The notes beneath the pieces were generated by a model. The model worked only from the letters and a program-made list of their open reading frames with translations. It did not search any database and had not been told where the DNA came from. DNA of 64,000 bases from Candidatus Woesearchaeota archaeon (GTDB taxonomy: Archaea > Nanobdellota > Nanobdellia > Woesearchaeales > UBA583), in NCBI GenBank assembly GCA_965205335.1, contig OZ242164.1, forward strand, positions 928,001 through 992,000. Reading direction: 5' to 3'. Both the position numbers and the translations under genes were made by a program. Shown piece by piece: positions 1-10,874 of the stretch. Every line of letters begins with the position of its first letter. Positions within the stretch are counted from its first letter, which is position 1.

Positions 1-577
1 AAAAGTATCCTTTATCTGCGACAAGGACACTTTTCCTGACTTTTAATCTTTTGAAAAGTTTGTTTGCAACTTTTGAATCATGCTGATTCTTAACCAAGAA
101 AGAAAAGTCTATTATTTGTTTAGAGCCTTGCACATCACAAATTATGTCTAATTTATGCCAAGGAGATTTGGGTTCAAATCGTATTCTATGTTTGTAATAA
201 GTAGTTTTATGGTCTGCATCAATTCCCGAACCATCAATTGCTACAAGTTCTGGGTTGGAATTCTCTAAAGAAAATCTAATCAAATCTCGGATAAAAGAAA
301 CTGAGAAGGACTTTAACCAATCATGGAGAGTTGATTTTCCTGGAATATGTTTTAGTTGCAACCAATGTTTCCAAGCAGTTAAAACGCCGTCTAAATTGCT
401 TACGAACCTTCTAAGAGATTTTCCTGATTGGATATATAAGACTATTATAGCAACTCTTTGATAATTATTAAAGAGTTTGCAACCCCTCACAAAATTGTGA
501 GGCCTTAACCTTAAACTATGACAAAGTTTAAGTATTTCTTTATGTAAACTATTAGTAAAGTTGGTTGTCTTTAGCAT
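1..577 (-). CDS. IS5-family DDE transposase (N-terminal part; not in the ORF track)
   Basis: Hand translation from ATG 577 is open to the window edge: MLKTTNF...IPGKSTLHDW...LVAIDGSGIDA..TTYY..WHKLDIICD..QHDS..VLVADKGYF. Confidence 0.88.
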   Translation of the reverse strand, partial: MLKTTNFTNSLHKEILKLCHSLRLRPHNFVRGCKLFNNYQRVAIIVLYIQSGKSLRRFVSNLDGVLTAWKHWLQLKHIPGKSTLHDWLKSFSVSFIRDLIRFSLENSNPELVAIDGSGIDADHKTTYYKHRIRFEPKSPWHKLDIICDVQGSKQIIDFSFLVKNQHDSKVANKLFKRLKVRKSVLVADKGYF

Positions 578-635
578 AAAAAACTACCAACTTTACACTT
601 TATTAATTCTTTGATTTGAATTTTCGGACAGAGCC
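1..635 (-). mobile_element. IS5-family (ISH1-like) insertion sequence, truncated by the window edge
   Basis: TIR TTGAATTTTCGGACAGAGCC ends at 635, just upstream of a DDE transposase ORF; essentially the same TIR bounds three MITEs elsewhere in the window. Confidence 0.85.
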
Positions 636-777
636 GGTAGTATTAGGTGACTTTCTGTACATACTTCAATATCCCAGAATTTAAATATATACAGAGTCAG
701 GCTAAACTATATTCTGAACATAAAACCACTTAATAATTAATATAGAATTTTTTAATTAAAAAATCTCATCAAAAATT

Positions 778-2844
778 ATGCCTAACAAGAACTCACTTGA
801 CAAAATCTTTTATCCCAAATCCATTGCAGTAATTGGAGCATCCAACGATAAAGAAAAAATAGGAGGATTTATCTTCTTCCAGATAATAAAACAAGGCGAA
901 ATATCCCCATACCCTATAAATCTCAAATCTGATGAAATACAATATATCAAAGCCTACAAATCAATTTCAGACATAAAAAAGAAAGTAGATTTGACAATAA
1001 TTGCAATCCCAAGTGATTTTGTAAACAATGCAGTTTTAGAATGTGCTAAATTAGCCATTAAAAACATAATAATAATCTCAGCAGGATTCAAAGAAACAGG
1101 AGATATAGGAAAACAGAAAGAAGAAACATTAAAAGAAATCATCTCAAAGTATAATCTAAACATAATTGGGCCAAACTGTCTTGGGATTCTAAACCCTCAG
1201 ATAAACCTTAACTGTTCATTTGCAAAAAACATTCCAAGAATTGGAGATGTGGCATTAATCTCACAAAGCGGGGCAGTAATTGATGCAATTCTTGATTGGA
1301 GTTTCAAGCACAATATAGGATTCTCAAAAATAGTCAGTCTTGGAAATATGGCAGGTGTTGATGAATTACAAATACTTGAATACCTAAAGAACGACAAAAA
1401 AACAAACGCAATCATTTTCTATATGGAAACACTTGAAAAAGGAAAAGAATTTGCACATATCTTAAAAGAAGTCTCAAAAAAAAAGCCAGTTATAATAATC
1501 AAGCCCGGAAAATCTGATAAAGCAAAAAAAGCAATAGGTTCACACACTGGAAGTCTTGCTCAGGATAATATCTTAGTTGAAACTCTAATACATGAAAACA
1601 ATGGAATACTCATTGAAAATCTAAATGAACTATACAACATATTAATTGCCCTTAAAGGAAAAATAAAAAATAACAACAAATTAGCAGTTGTAACAAACGC
1701 AGGAGGAGTTGGAGTTATTGCAACAGACGAACTTTCCTTATCTAACTTTGAATTATACAAACTATCGGACTCACAAAAAAAAGAGATTGCAAAACATCTT
1801 CCCGAAGAGGCAAGCGTTAATAATCCAATTGACATATTAGGAGATGGTAGTTCCCAGAGATATTTTGCAACACTAAAGGAACTTGACAAAATAAATGACT
1901 TGGGAAACATCCTTGTTTTGCTCACTCCCCAGATAATGACAGATTGCACTAATATTGCCAGAAAACTAATTGAATTCTCTCAAAAATCCAATAAAAACAT
2001 ATTTGCAAGCTTTCTTGGAGACAGAGATATTAAAAATGCAGTCACTTGTTTTGATATATATGATTTTCCAAACTTTCAGACCCCTGTAGAAGCAATAAAA
2101 TCAATGGATTACTTACTTAAATACAAGCAGTTCAAATATGAAAAAAATATTAGAAAACATCAAATGAACCTATTGAAAATAAAAAAGATAAACAAAAGAC
2201 TAAAAAACAAAAAAGGGCTTTTAGATTATGAATTATCAAAAGAAATTCTTGGTGTTTTAGGAATTGACATATACTCTAAACAAATAATCAAATCAGAAAA
2301 TGACATAACACAATTAGAATTAAGCCCTCACAGAAAATATGCAATAAAAGTTGATGGAGCTGATTTCATCCACAAAAAAGACATAGGAGGAGTTATAACA
2401 GATATTTCATATCTAGATGTTGAAACCCAGATTAGACATTTATATCATAAATTAAAAAAAACAAACTCCCATTTCTCAATAACTGTTGAAGAAATGGTTT
2501 TCGGAGTTGAAACAATTTGCGGGCTAAAACATGATGAAGAATTGGGAAACTTCATTATGTTTGGAATGGGAGGAACTTATGTTAGTGTCTTTAAGGATAT
2601 AAACTTCTCAACGTGTCCTCTAACAAAAGAATCTGCAAAAAAATTAGTTGAAAAGTCAAAAGTTAATACAATACTAAAAGGATTTAGAGGTTCAAAGTCA
2701 ATTAACTACAATAAACTATATGATGTACTTATTAAACTATCTTACTTGCATGAAACATTTCCACAAATCAAAGAAGTTGATTTCAATCCAGTAATATGCA
2801 ACAACACAGACTGTTATTTAGTTGATGTCAAACTAATTCTATAA
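778..2844 (+). CDS. acd: ADP-forming acetate/acyl-CoA ligase, fused alpha+beta (CoA-binding, ligase, ATP-grasp domains)
   Basis: PKSIAVIGAS, GPNCLG, SQSGA, SHTGSLA phospho-His motif, TNAGGVG, NPIDILGD, HKKDIGGV, EVDFNP. Confidence 0.9.
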   Translation: MPNKNSLDKIFYPKSIAVIGASNDKEKIGGFIFFQIIKQGEISPYPINLKSDEIQYIKAYKSISDIKKKVDLTIIAIPSDFVNNAVLECAKLAIKNIIIISAGFKETGDIGKQKEETLKEIISKYNLNIIGPNCLGILNPQINLNCSFAKNIPRIGDVALISQSGAVIDAILDWSFKHNIGFSKIVSLGNMAGVDELQILEYLKNDKKTNAIIFYMETLEKGKEFAHILKEVSKKKPVIIIKPGKSDKAKKAIGSHTGSLAQDNILVETLIHENNGILIENLNELYNILIALKGKIKNNNKLAVVTNAGGVGVIATDELSLSNFELYKLSDSQKKEIAKHLPEEASVNNPIDILGDGSSQRYFATLKELDKINDLGNILVLLTPQIMTDCTNIARKLIEFSQKSNKNIFASFLGDRDIKNAVTCFDIYDFPNFQTPVEAIKSMDYLLKYKQFKYEKNIRKHQMNLLKIKKINKRLKNKKGLLDYELSKEILGVLGIDIYSKQIIKSENDITQLELSPHRKYAIKVDGADFIHKKDIGGVITDISYLDVETQIRHLYHKLKKTNSHFSITVEEMVFGVETICGLKHDEELGNFIMFGMGGTYVSVFKDINFSTCPLTKESAKKLVEKSKVNTILKGFRGSKSINYNKLYDVLIKLSYLHETFPQIKEVDFNPVICNNTDCYLVDVKLIL

Positions 2845-2869
2845 ATAAAATTCAGACCTTAATTAAAAG

Positions 2870-3811
2870 TGTGTAGTGCAGTGACATATGTCACCACCTC
2901 AACTTTCTCTGAAAGTTGTCAAACTCATAAGAAGGAGTTTGACCAAATAAGCTCTCATGAGGCCTAAAAGCATTGTATCTATATCTAAATAACTCTAAAT
3001 CATTGTTGCAATACTTAATTTCTCTGTCAATTGTTCCAAACAAACGTTCCACTTTTCCATTTGTTTGAGGACGGTTAACTCTAGTTCTAATGTGCTTAAT
3101 CCCTCTTCTTTGACGCCATTTATCAAACTTAGACTTCTTACTTGTGAGTCCATATGGTGCTCCATTGTCACTGATTATTTGATTAGAATTTCCAAATTTC
3201 TTGATTAAATTATCAAGAAACTGTGTTACAATTGGCGTTGTAACAGTTGGAACGTGTAAAATACCTAAACAATAACGAGTGGCATCATCAATGACTGCAA
3301 TTATTTTACCTTTTTCACCAAATTCACTGTCATCAATATGCCAAAGTGAATTTGAGTGTTTACGTTCGAAACGAACGTATTTAACCTGAGACCCTCTATT
3401 TCCTTCTTTACGAGTTAAATTATTCTCTCTAAGAACTTTATTAATGGTTCTCTCTGAAATATCCAGATTAGGTGGGATTTTATGAAGCTTTTTAGATCCC
3501 CAACCAGTTTTATATCGAAGATTTAAAATTGCTTTCTCATCTTCTAAAGTAACTTTGTAATAGATCTTGTTTGGTCTTGTAGACTTATCTTGATAATCCC
3601 ATATTTCTTTATCAAAACGTTGTTGCCAACGTTTTAAAGTACGAATACTTACAAAGTATTTGCACTTCTCAGCAAGTATTTTCTTGCATTTAGAATAAGA
3701 GTTTTGTTTAACTCTTAGTTTTATGAAAACTTTCCTAATTTCGTATTTTTTCATAAAATTAACAAGAATTGTTAATTTTTAGACTGGTGACATATGTCAC
3801 TGCACTACACA
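2870..3811 (-). mobile_element. IS481-family element (copy A)
   Basis: TIR TGTGTAGTGCAGTGACATATGTCACCA and its reverse complement; flanking direct repeat ACCTTAATTAAAA (2856-2868, 3811-3823), exact ends uncertain by 1-2 bp. Confidence 0.9.
2891..3754 (-). CDS. IS481-family transposase (HTH + rve/DDE), intact
   Basis: SLWHIDD, VIDDATR, ISDNG, PQTNGKVER, YNAFRPHESL..TP. Confidence 0.93.
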   Translation of the reverse strand: MKKYEIRKVFIKLRVKQNSYSKCKKILAEKCKYFVSIRTLKRWQQRFDKEIWDYQDKSTRPNKIYYKVTLEDEKAILNLRYKTGWGSKKLHKIPPNLDISERTINKVLRENNLTRKEGNRGSQVKYVRFERKHSNSLWHIDDSEFGEKGKIIAVIDDATRYCLGILHVPTVTTPIVTQFLDNLIKKFGNSNQIISDNGAPYGLTSKKSKFDKWRQRRGIKHIRTRVNRPQTNGKVERLFGTIDREIKYCNNDLELFRYRYNAFRPHESLFGQTPSYEFDNFQRKLRW

Positions 3812-3861
3812 CCTTAATTAAAATAGTAAAATTTAAAAAATATGAAAATCCTAATATAATA

Positions 3862-4677
3862 ATGGGTTACAAAGATTTAAAGAATTTTCAAGGAATATTT
3901 GAAAGAGAAGATTTCGACTATATTTCTAATAGTGATAAGATAGATGAGATTAGAGATACTATCCGTAAAATTTCATATCCATTAAATAATGGTCAAAAAG
4001 AACAATATGTAGAAAAAATAAAAAAATTCTTGGAAAACTTAACTTCTTTCTATGAATTTCTAACAGATTACAGAAGAAAGAAGAAAGTAGACAATTCTGA
4101 GATAGATATGAGTTATACTATTATTTATGGGACATTAGCATCTTGCGTTAGGATTTTTTCTGAGCCTGATGAGAGAAGAAAGAGCATATCAAAAAATTAT
4201 CAGAAAAAATTCAATAAAGAGTTTATATATGGCTTAACACAATTACTTAAAGGAATAAGAGATGCATTTGAACCAGAGAACATTTCTTCTACTGGCATTA
4301 ACAGAGATCAACTTGCCAGATATATTTTAGAAAAAAAAGAAGGTTTAGGTAAAAAATATCTGTTTAATAAGCAAGGAACATATGGATTTGCACAGAAGAT
4401 TAATACATTAAGTAAGCGAGATCTTATATCAACTGAGAAACTTTTAGTTAGACCATCTGAGCGACAAGTTAGAACAATTAATGGTTGGAGGGATTTAGGT
4501 TCAAACCAAGATAGAGTAAGAATCCTATGTGTTGTACATAGAAGTTCAATAATAGATAAATTAAGAAAGTTCCCAATAGTTAAGGTTTATTACTTATTTC
4601 TTGTAACCGAACATCCAGAATATAAACAAAAATTAACTGGAGAATCTCCAAATGAGGCATTTTTTAAAGCAGCATAA
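3862..4677 (+). CDS. Hypothetical protein with a possible C-terminal HigB/RelE-like RNase domain
   Basis: ORF track 3769..4677 begins inside the IS end, so ATG 3862 (MGYKDL) is the likelier start; C-terminal DLGSNQDRVRILCVV...KVYYLFLVTEHPEY. Confidence 0.6.
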   Translation: MGYKDLKNFQGIFEREDFDYISNSDKIDEIRDTIRKISYPLNNGQKEQYVEKIKKFLENLTSFYEFLTDYRRKKKVDNSEIDMSYTIIYGTLASCVRIFSEPDERRKSISKNYQKKFNKEFIYGLTQLLKGIRDAFEPENISSTGINRDQLARYILEKKEGLGKKYLFNKQGTYGFAQKINTLSKRDLISTEKLLVRPSERQVRTINGWRDLGSNQDRVRILCVVHRSSIIDKLRKFPIVKVYYLFLVTEHPEYKQKLTGESPNEAFFKAA

Positions 4678-4691
4678 CTATCTTATTTGGA

Positions 4692-5962
4692 TTACCACTT
4701 AAAAAGCATTATGCCAAGCAAAGAACTTAATCCAAGAAGAATAAAATACTGCGACTTTAATTTGGTTTTCTCGTTTTGAGACTCAAACACTATTTCATCA
4801 TCTTCCACCTCTTTTTCTTCTCCTTTCTCTGAACTTAACGTAGAACTCCCATTTTCATCAGTAGAATCCAATAAAATAGAATCATTTTCAAATTCCATAA
4901 TTCCCGACTTAGAATCTTCATTAACTGAAAAAATAAAACTCTCTGATACATACTTAAAAGTCTTTAAATCTGATTTCTTATACTTACAAATTAAACTTAA
5001 ATTATATGAAACTCTTTTCTCCTTTTCCTCTAACTTTGAAATATTTATTAGTAATGAAATTTCTGAAACATTCTGTGTTATATTATAAACATTTGAAACT
5101 TTTGTTCTTACATATCTGGTATAGCAATCTCCCTCATAACTATCTAAATTTGTATATATTTCAAAAATTAGGACTGAATTATTTACCCTTAGACTCGTCA
5201 AATTAAAATACTGTTTTTCCCTTGTGTCTTTAGCATCATCTCTTTCGAAAGTGCTATTTGTTTTGTTTATCTCATCTTCTCTGCTTGGTATAGTTATTAC
5301 CTCTTTCTCATCAAGTCCTGAAATTGTAATTACATTCTTTGAATTATTTATGGGCAACTTAATTTTTCCCTTAATTTTTGAATATTTCCCTATCTCAGTC
5401 TGAAATATCTTATTAGAGTTTAAATAAAAATAAACTGTTCTCTTTGAAGTATCTCCTCTATAAATCTCATACACAAGTTCATTTGTTCTATGATTTAAAA
5501 TATCATTTTCATTTTCATAATTAAAATTTAATGTTTCTCCATCTTTGAAAGTGTAGGTTTTATCCTTTATCCACGATACATTTGTTTCATTACTAATTTG
5601 AATCGTAAGATCTTCACCTGAGACCTTCAAACCTCCATTTGAAACCTGAGTTCCACCTGTTATGTATATGGTGCAATTTAAAAACTTATATTATTTGATT
5701 CATTATTTTTAAAATCCTTTCCAATAATTAGAGTATAGTTAGATTGAAAGGATTTCAGAAGAGATAATGTGTTGAACTTAGATATTCCATTATCATCATA
5801 TACTTTCATTTCTGTTAAATTTAACGTTTCATTTGAGTATATTTCAACGAACTCATCACCCTTAAATTTTATCTCGTTTATGTATACAAAAGAATGGACT
5901 GAACTCATTAAAAAGAACGAAATCAAGACTGAAAAAATAAAAAGACCATTTATCATAGACAA
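4692..5962 (-). pseudogene. Secreted, C-terminally anchored lamin-tail-domain surface protein, split by a 1-bp frameshift
   Basis: Signal peptide plus VYINEI..DEFVEIY lamin-tail motif; one extra A in the A-run at 5680-5684 joins the two ORFs (SFLNCTIYITGGTQVSNGGLKVSGEDLTI); C-terminal TM helix. Confidence 0.7.
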
Positions 5963-6088
5963 ATATAATTTATCTCAAATTTAAAATTCTTTAAATCTAT
6001 TTTTTGAAAAAATTCGTAAAATAAACTTATCTTTTAAAAATAATTAATATAAGTTAAATTATTAAATAAAGGAACACTTATATTAATA

Positions 6089-6616
6089 ATGGCTGCAAAT
6101 CTTTTACAATCATACTCAATAGGGAGACTGAATGGGGAGAGAAGATATTTAAGAGATAATAAATATACTTCAATTGGATACTTTTGCGAATCGCCCACCG
6201 ATACATGTGGACATGAGTTTCCGATGTCTCTTTTTAATTTAGAGGTCATTAAGAAGGGAATAATTACTATTAAAATGTCACCAGGATTTTTAATGGCAGC
6301 AGGAACCATGCCTAATTTATTTTTAAGCTATATTTCATCTTCTTATGAAATGGACCCTTATAGAAGAGGTTCTCTTAAGGTGTGTGATGTGAATGCAGAA
6401 ATAGATTCAATAGAAAGGGAAGGAGGAGGTTTTAATGAGAAGAATTTATTACAAGGATTTGGCGATTTACCTTTGAAATTTGGAGTATATGAAATTTTTG
6501 TACTGGGAAAATATGAAGAATCATTAGTTAATAAGATTGAAAAAGAATTTCCAAAATTTAACGTTGAAAGAAATACATCTAAAGCTCTTCTAGAAGGTGT
6601 AATCCTTCAAACATAA
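6089..6616 (+). CDS. Hypothetical protein
   Basis: 175-aa ORF with ATG start, convergent with and overlapping the gatA 3' end; no recognised motif. Confidence 0.5.
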   Translation: MAANLLQSYSIGRLNGERRYLRDNKYTSIGYFCESPTDTCGHEFPMSLFNLEVIKKGIITIKMSPGFLMAAGTMPNLFLSYISSSYEMDPYRRGSLKVCDVNAEIDSIEREGGGFNEKNLLQGFGDLPLKFGVYEIFVLGKYEESLVNKIEKEFPKFNVERNTSKALLEGVILQT

Positions 6617-7961
6617 CTTCTTCTCTGAATTTATTTGCAAGTATCTGAGTTCCTATTGAAATTTTCTCTCCATTCTCATCTATTGTATCCTTGCAGATAA
6701 CTCCTGCGCATATCCCTGCTAGATTTACTGGTATTGTAAAAGCATCGTATGCATACATTTGTTCAACTGTAATATCTGAGCCTAATTTATGTGGAATACT
6801 TGGGGTTACAGGACATAAAATAAAATCAACTTTCTTAAATGCTTTCTCAAATTCTGATGCGATTACTTCCTTTACTCTTAGAGCTTTCTTGTAATAAGCA
6901 CCATCAAATTCAGACTTAGATATTTCCATACCTCCAAAAATTCTTCTCTTTACTTCATCTCCACCTGAATCTTCGATTTTCTCCCCATATTTAATACCAT
7001 CAAACTTTCTTGTTCCCGAGAAAAACTCCGTATAAACTATCGGATAATATGCCTGAATTGCCAAATCAATATTTTTAATCTCTAATTCAATTATCTCATG
7101 TCCTTTTGATTTCAGAGCATTGATTTTATCTAAATAAATCTGCTTTATCCTCTCATCTCTTATAAAACTTTCGAAGACTTTAATAACTCCTATCTTGTAT
7201 TTCTTCTTTAACTTGCACTCAGTATATTTGGGAGTTTTAATATCTTCTGTAATCGGGTCATTTAAAGACTTTTTTGCGATTACTTCCAACATTAACTCAC
7301 AACCATATAAATTCTGTGAAAGGGGTCCTATTTGGTCTAAACTCATAGATAAATCCACCAAGCCATATCTTGAAACTCTTCCATAGCTGGGCTTAATTCC
7401 TATTACTGCGCAATGTGACGCGGGGTTTCTAATACTGCCTCCTGTGTCTGAACCCAACGCAATATCGCACAGACCTGATGAAACTGCTGCTGCAGAACCA
7501 GACGATGAACCACCAGGCACTCTTCCCTTTGAGTATGGATTATCTGTATTTCCAAAGGCGCTATTTTCACCTGAAGAACCTGATGCAAATTCATCATTAT
7601 TTGTAACACCTATAATTATTCCATCCTCCTCTTCAATTGCTCTTACAACATCCGCGTCAAAAGAACCCCTGTAATTTTCAAGTGTTTTTGAAGCGCATGA
7701 TATAAACATATCTTTTTTTGAAATATTAGACTTAATAGCAATACAAAGGCCAAAAAGAGAGCCTAATTTTTCTTCCTTTTCTCTTTTCTCATCTAATTTC
7801 TTTGCAATCTCTTCTGCTTTCTCATTAATCTGCAGAAAAATATTATACTTTGAGTTCTTTTTTTTTATATTTGCTAAAAAATCATGAGTATTCTTTAAGC
7901 AAGTTAATTTTCCTGTCTTTAAATCTTCTAATTTCTTTTTTATATCAGTATTGCAAACCAT
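6579..7961 (-). CDS. gatA: Asp-tRNA(Asn)/Glu-tRNA(Gln) amidotransferase subunit A
   Basis: Amidase signature PGGSSSGSAAA, LGSDTGGSIRNPA, GIKPSYGRVSRYGL, EVKRRI, VNLAG. Confidence 0.95.
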   Translation of the reverse strand: MVCNTDIKKKLEDLKTGKLTCLKNTHDFLANIKKKNSKYNIFLQINEKAEEIAKKLDEKREKEEKLGSLFGLCIAIKSNISKKDMFISCASKTLENYRGSFDADVVRAIEEEDGIIIGVTNNDEFASGSSGENSAFGNTDNPYSKGRVPGGSSSGSAAAVSSGLCDIALGSDTGGSIRNPASHCAVIGIKPSYGRVSRYGLVDLSMSLDQIGPLSQNLYGCELMLEVIAKKSLNDPITEDIKTPKYTECKLKKKYKIGVIKVFESFIRDERIKQIYLDKINALKSKGHEIIELEIKNIDLAIQAYYPIVYTEFFSGTRKFDGIKYGEKIEDSGGDEVKRRIFGGMEISKSEFDGAYYKKALRVKEVIASEFEKAFKKVDFILCPVTPSIPHKLGSDITVEQMYAYDAFTIPVNLAGICAGVICKDTIDENGEKISIGTQILANKFREEVMFEGLHLLEEL

Positions 7962-8419
7962 ATCTAAGTTATTTTAATACATTATATAAAACTTATCATA
8001 AAAATATTTTAATGGGATTTCAGGTTAAAATAAAATATTTAATGGGTGCATAAACACAATATTAAATAATTAATAATGAATTTTAAATAATAGAAATAGT
8101 TATTAATGAATGGAAATATTTTTTTAATCTTTATATTTACTTATTTTTTTATTTCTATTCGTTAATATTCTTTAATTTAGTAGATATTCTCCAATATTTA
8201 AAAAAACAAGAAAAATATTACAAAAATCAAAAAAAGATATTTTTCTATACAAATTTAATGTATTTTTTCTTAATATAAATAAAAGAGAATGGAAACGTTT
8301 TTTTAGCGCTTATATTCCCTTTATTTCTTATTTATATTTATTAAAACTCTTAAATTCAGTAATAAACATAATAAAAGCAATTGAACAAGATATATAAATA
8401 AGAAGTTAATTAATATGTT

Positions 8420-10723
8420 ATGACTTCATTTGTATATCAGATAAACAAAGAAGAAAAAGAAGATTCCATTGAATTAAAAATTTTTGAAGTGGACTCAAAG
8501 CAAAAAACAAAACTATCAAAAATAAAAATTCCCTACACCATATATACAAAAAAAAGCGATTTTGAAAGTCTTAAAATAGAAAGCGAAAAAATTGAAATAT
8601 CAAAGGAAGAAATCAAAGACATTAACAAACAACAAGTCATACGACTAAATATTTTCAGTTCACAATTATATGAATACATTCTAAACCTTTTAAAAGAGAA
8701 TGAAATGCTAATATGTGAGGCGGACTTACCATATGAGCACAGATATCTGATAGACACAAATAAACAACTCTTAACAGGTAAAAAAGATGTAGTAGAGCTT
8801 AAATACTTATCTTTAGATATTGAAACCATAGGTTCTATAAAAGAACAGGAAATAATCCTAATAAGCACATTTTCACCGCAGGATAAATCAATGAGCAAAG
8901 TTTATGTAGATACATCCAAAATCAAAAAAGACAAACTAAATGATGTCTTAAACCATAAATACAAAGACTTTGAATTAGTTTCTTTTCGCACAGAAAAAGA
9001 ATTACTTGAGAGATTTCGTGAAGATATAATATCTTTTGAACCGCAACTGATTATTGGCTGGAATGTCATTAACTTTGACTTTAAAATAATCAAGCAAAGA
9101 TTTGAAAAATACTCAATCCCATTTGAACTATCCAAGTACAAAGGAGAAAACAAACTTAGAATACTAAGTGATTTTTTTAAAAACAGCACATTGCATTGCC
9201 CCGGAGTTCTAATCTGGGATATAATTGATGTTCTCAAAATGAACTTCATAACATTTGATGATTACAAACTTAATACTGTTGCAAAATCTGTTTTAGACGA
9301 TGAAAAAATAAACTTAGAAGATGAAGGAGAAGCAGACCATGGAATAACTCTGAAAATAAAAGCCATTAAAAACATGTTTGACAAAGACCCAGTCAAACTA
9401 ATCAAATACAATTTTAAAGACTCTCTTTTAACTCATAAAATAACTCACAAACTTAACCTAATTGAAATGATGTGCAAGCGCTCCATACTTACAGGAACGC
9501 CCTTAACAAAAGTCAAATCCCCTATTGCAACCCTTGATATTATGTACTTAAAAGAACTGCACAAAAGAGGGTTTGTTGCACCATCTAATTTCAATTTCAG
9601 TGATACTCAGAGCATTGAAGGAGCTTATGTAATTAATCCAGAGAAGGGGTTTTATGAGGATGTTTTTGTTTTAGACTTCAAATCGCTTTACCCATCAGTT
9701 ATAATGACATTTAACATTGACCCATTCACATACTTCAAAGAAGGGCAAATTGAAGCCCCAAATGGCGCAAGATTTGATAATAAAGCTGGCATTCTGCCTG
9801 AGTTAATTCATCAATTATACAAAGAAAGAGAGACTGCTATAAAAGAAAAAAATTTCATTAAAAGTTTTGTTTTGAAAATCAATATGAACTCATTCTATGG
9901 AGCAATTGCCAGTCCCAAATGCAGATTCCACAACCTTGAAATAGGCGAAGCCATAACAGGATTTGCTAGAAAAATAATTATTAAATGCGAGGAATTAATG
10001 AGAGAAAAGGGGCACAAAGTAATATATGGTGATACAGATTCAATCTTTATCAAATTCTCCAAGAAATTCAAAAACAAAGAGGAAAAATTTCAATACGGAA
10101 AACAAATTGAAAAAGAAATTAATGAATACTTTGGGATTTGGATTAAAAAGAATTTTGGTCAAAAGAGTTTTCTGAAAATTGAGTTTGAAAAATTATTCTC
10201 TAAGTTTTTCATTGCAACAAAAAAGAGGTATGTTGGCTTTGATGAAATTACACGAAAAACTCAATTTATCGGGATGGAAGCCATAAGAGGAGACTGGACT
10301 GAACTTGCCAAAACATTTCAGATTCATTTAGTTGATTTAATATTTAGCGGAAAATCCAATTCTGAAATTGAAAAATTTATTTCAGATTATGTTTCAGATT
10401 TAAAATCAGGCAAATACAATGATTTGCTTGTTTATTCCAAAAAAATAGCAAAACCTCTAAATCAATACACTAAGACAACTCCACCCCATGTAAAAGCTGC
10501 AAGAGAACTCAAAGAATTTGATGGGAGATTAGTTAAATACATTATGACTATTGACGGGCCTAAACACATAAATCTAATAGACTCAAGTACACAATATGAC
10601 TATAACCATTACATTGAAAAACAATTAGACGGCGTTTCAGATGACTTATTAAATGCAATAGGAATAGACTTTAAAAAAATAATTTACTCCAAAAAACAAA
10701 CCGCCCTTGACAGTTTCTTTTAG
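8420..10723 (+). CDS. polB: Family B DNA polymerase (Pol II-like) with 3'-5' exonuclease
   Basis: LDIET, GWNVINFD, DFKSLYPS, KINMNSFYG, YGDTDS, KKRY, PPHVKAA; C-terminal PIP box QTALDSFF. Confidence 0.95.
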   Translation: MTSFVYQINKEEKEDSIELKIFEVDSKQKTKLSKIKIPYTIYTKKSDFESLKIESEKIEISKEEIKDINKQQVIRLNIFSSQLYEYILNLLKENEMLICEADLPYEHRYLIDTNKQLLTGKKDVVELKYLSLDIETIGSIKEQEIILISTFSPQDKSMSKVYVDTSKIKKDKLNDVLNHKYKDFELVSFRTEKELLERFREDIISFEPQLIIGWNVINFDFKIIKQRFEKYSIPFELSKYKGENKLRILSDFFKNSTLHCPGVLIWDIIDVLKMNFITFDDYKLNTVAKSVLDDEKINLEDEGEADHGITLKIKAIKNMFDKDPVKLIKYNFKDSLLTHKITHKLNLIEMMCKRSILTGTPLTKVKSPIATLDIMYLKELHKRGFVAPSNFNFSDTQSIEGAYVINPEKGFYEDVFVLDFKSLYPSVIMTFNIDPFTYFKEGQIEAPNGARFDNKAGILPELIHQLYKERETAIKEKNFIKSFVLKINMNSFYGAIASPKCRFHNLEIGEAITGFARKIIIKCEELMREKGHKVIYGDTDSIFIKFSKKFKNKEEKFQYGKQIEKEINEYFGIWIKKNFGQKSFLKIEFEKLFSKFFIATKKRYVGFDEITRKTQFIGMEAIRGDWTELAKTFQIHLVDLIFSGKSNSEIEKFISDYVSDLKSGKYNDLLVYSKKIAKPLNQYTKTTPPHVKAARELKEFDGRLVKYIMTIDGPKHINLIDSSTQYDYNHYIEKQLDGVSDDLLNAIGIDFKKIIYSKKQTALDSFF

Positions 10724-10874
10724 ATTACATAATGTGGGACAAAACATCTCAGTTAGTTATAAGTGAGTGGATTTAATTATTTTTGGGCAAAATGATGAAC
10801 TGTTAAGTTAAAGTCAACTAATAAAGTATTTAAATAATAAAAATCCAGATTTTAAATATATTTAATACATAAAA

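Noticed and set aside
255-461. 68-aa + strand ORF
   Set aside because: Antisense shadow of the IS5 transposase
8040-8400. Very AT-rich spacer between gatA and polB as a small membrane gene or origin
   Set aside because: Reading frames are broken by stops; no ORB-like repeats or cdc6 nearby
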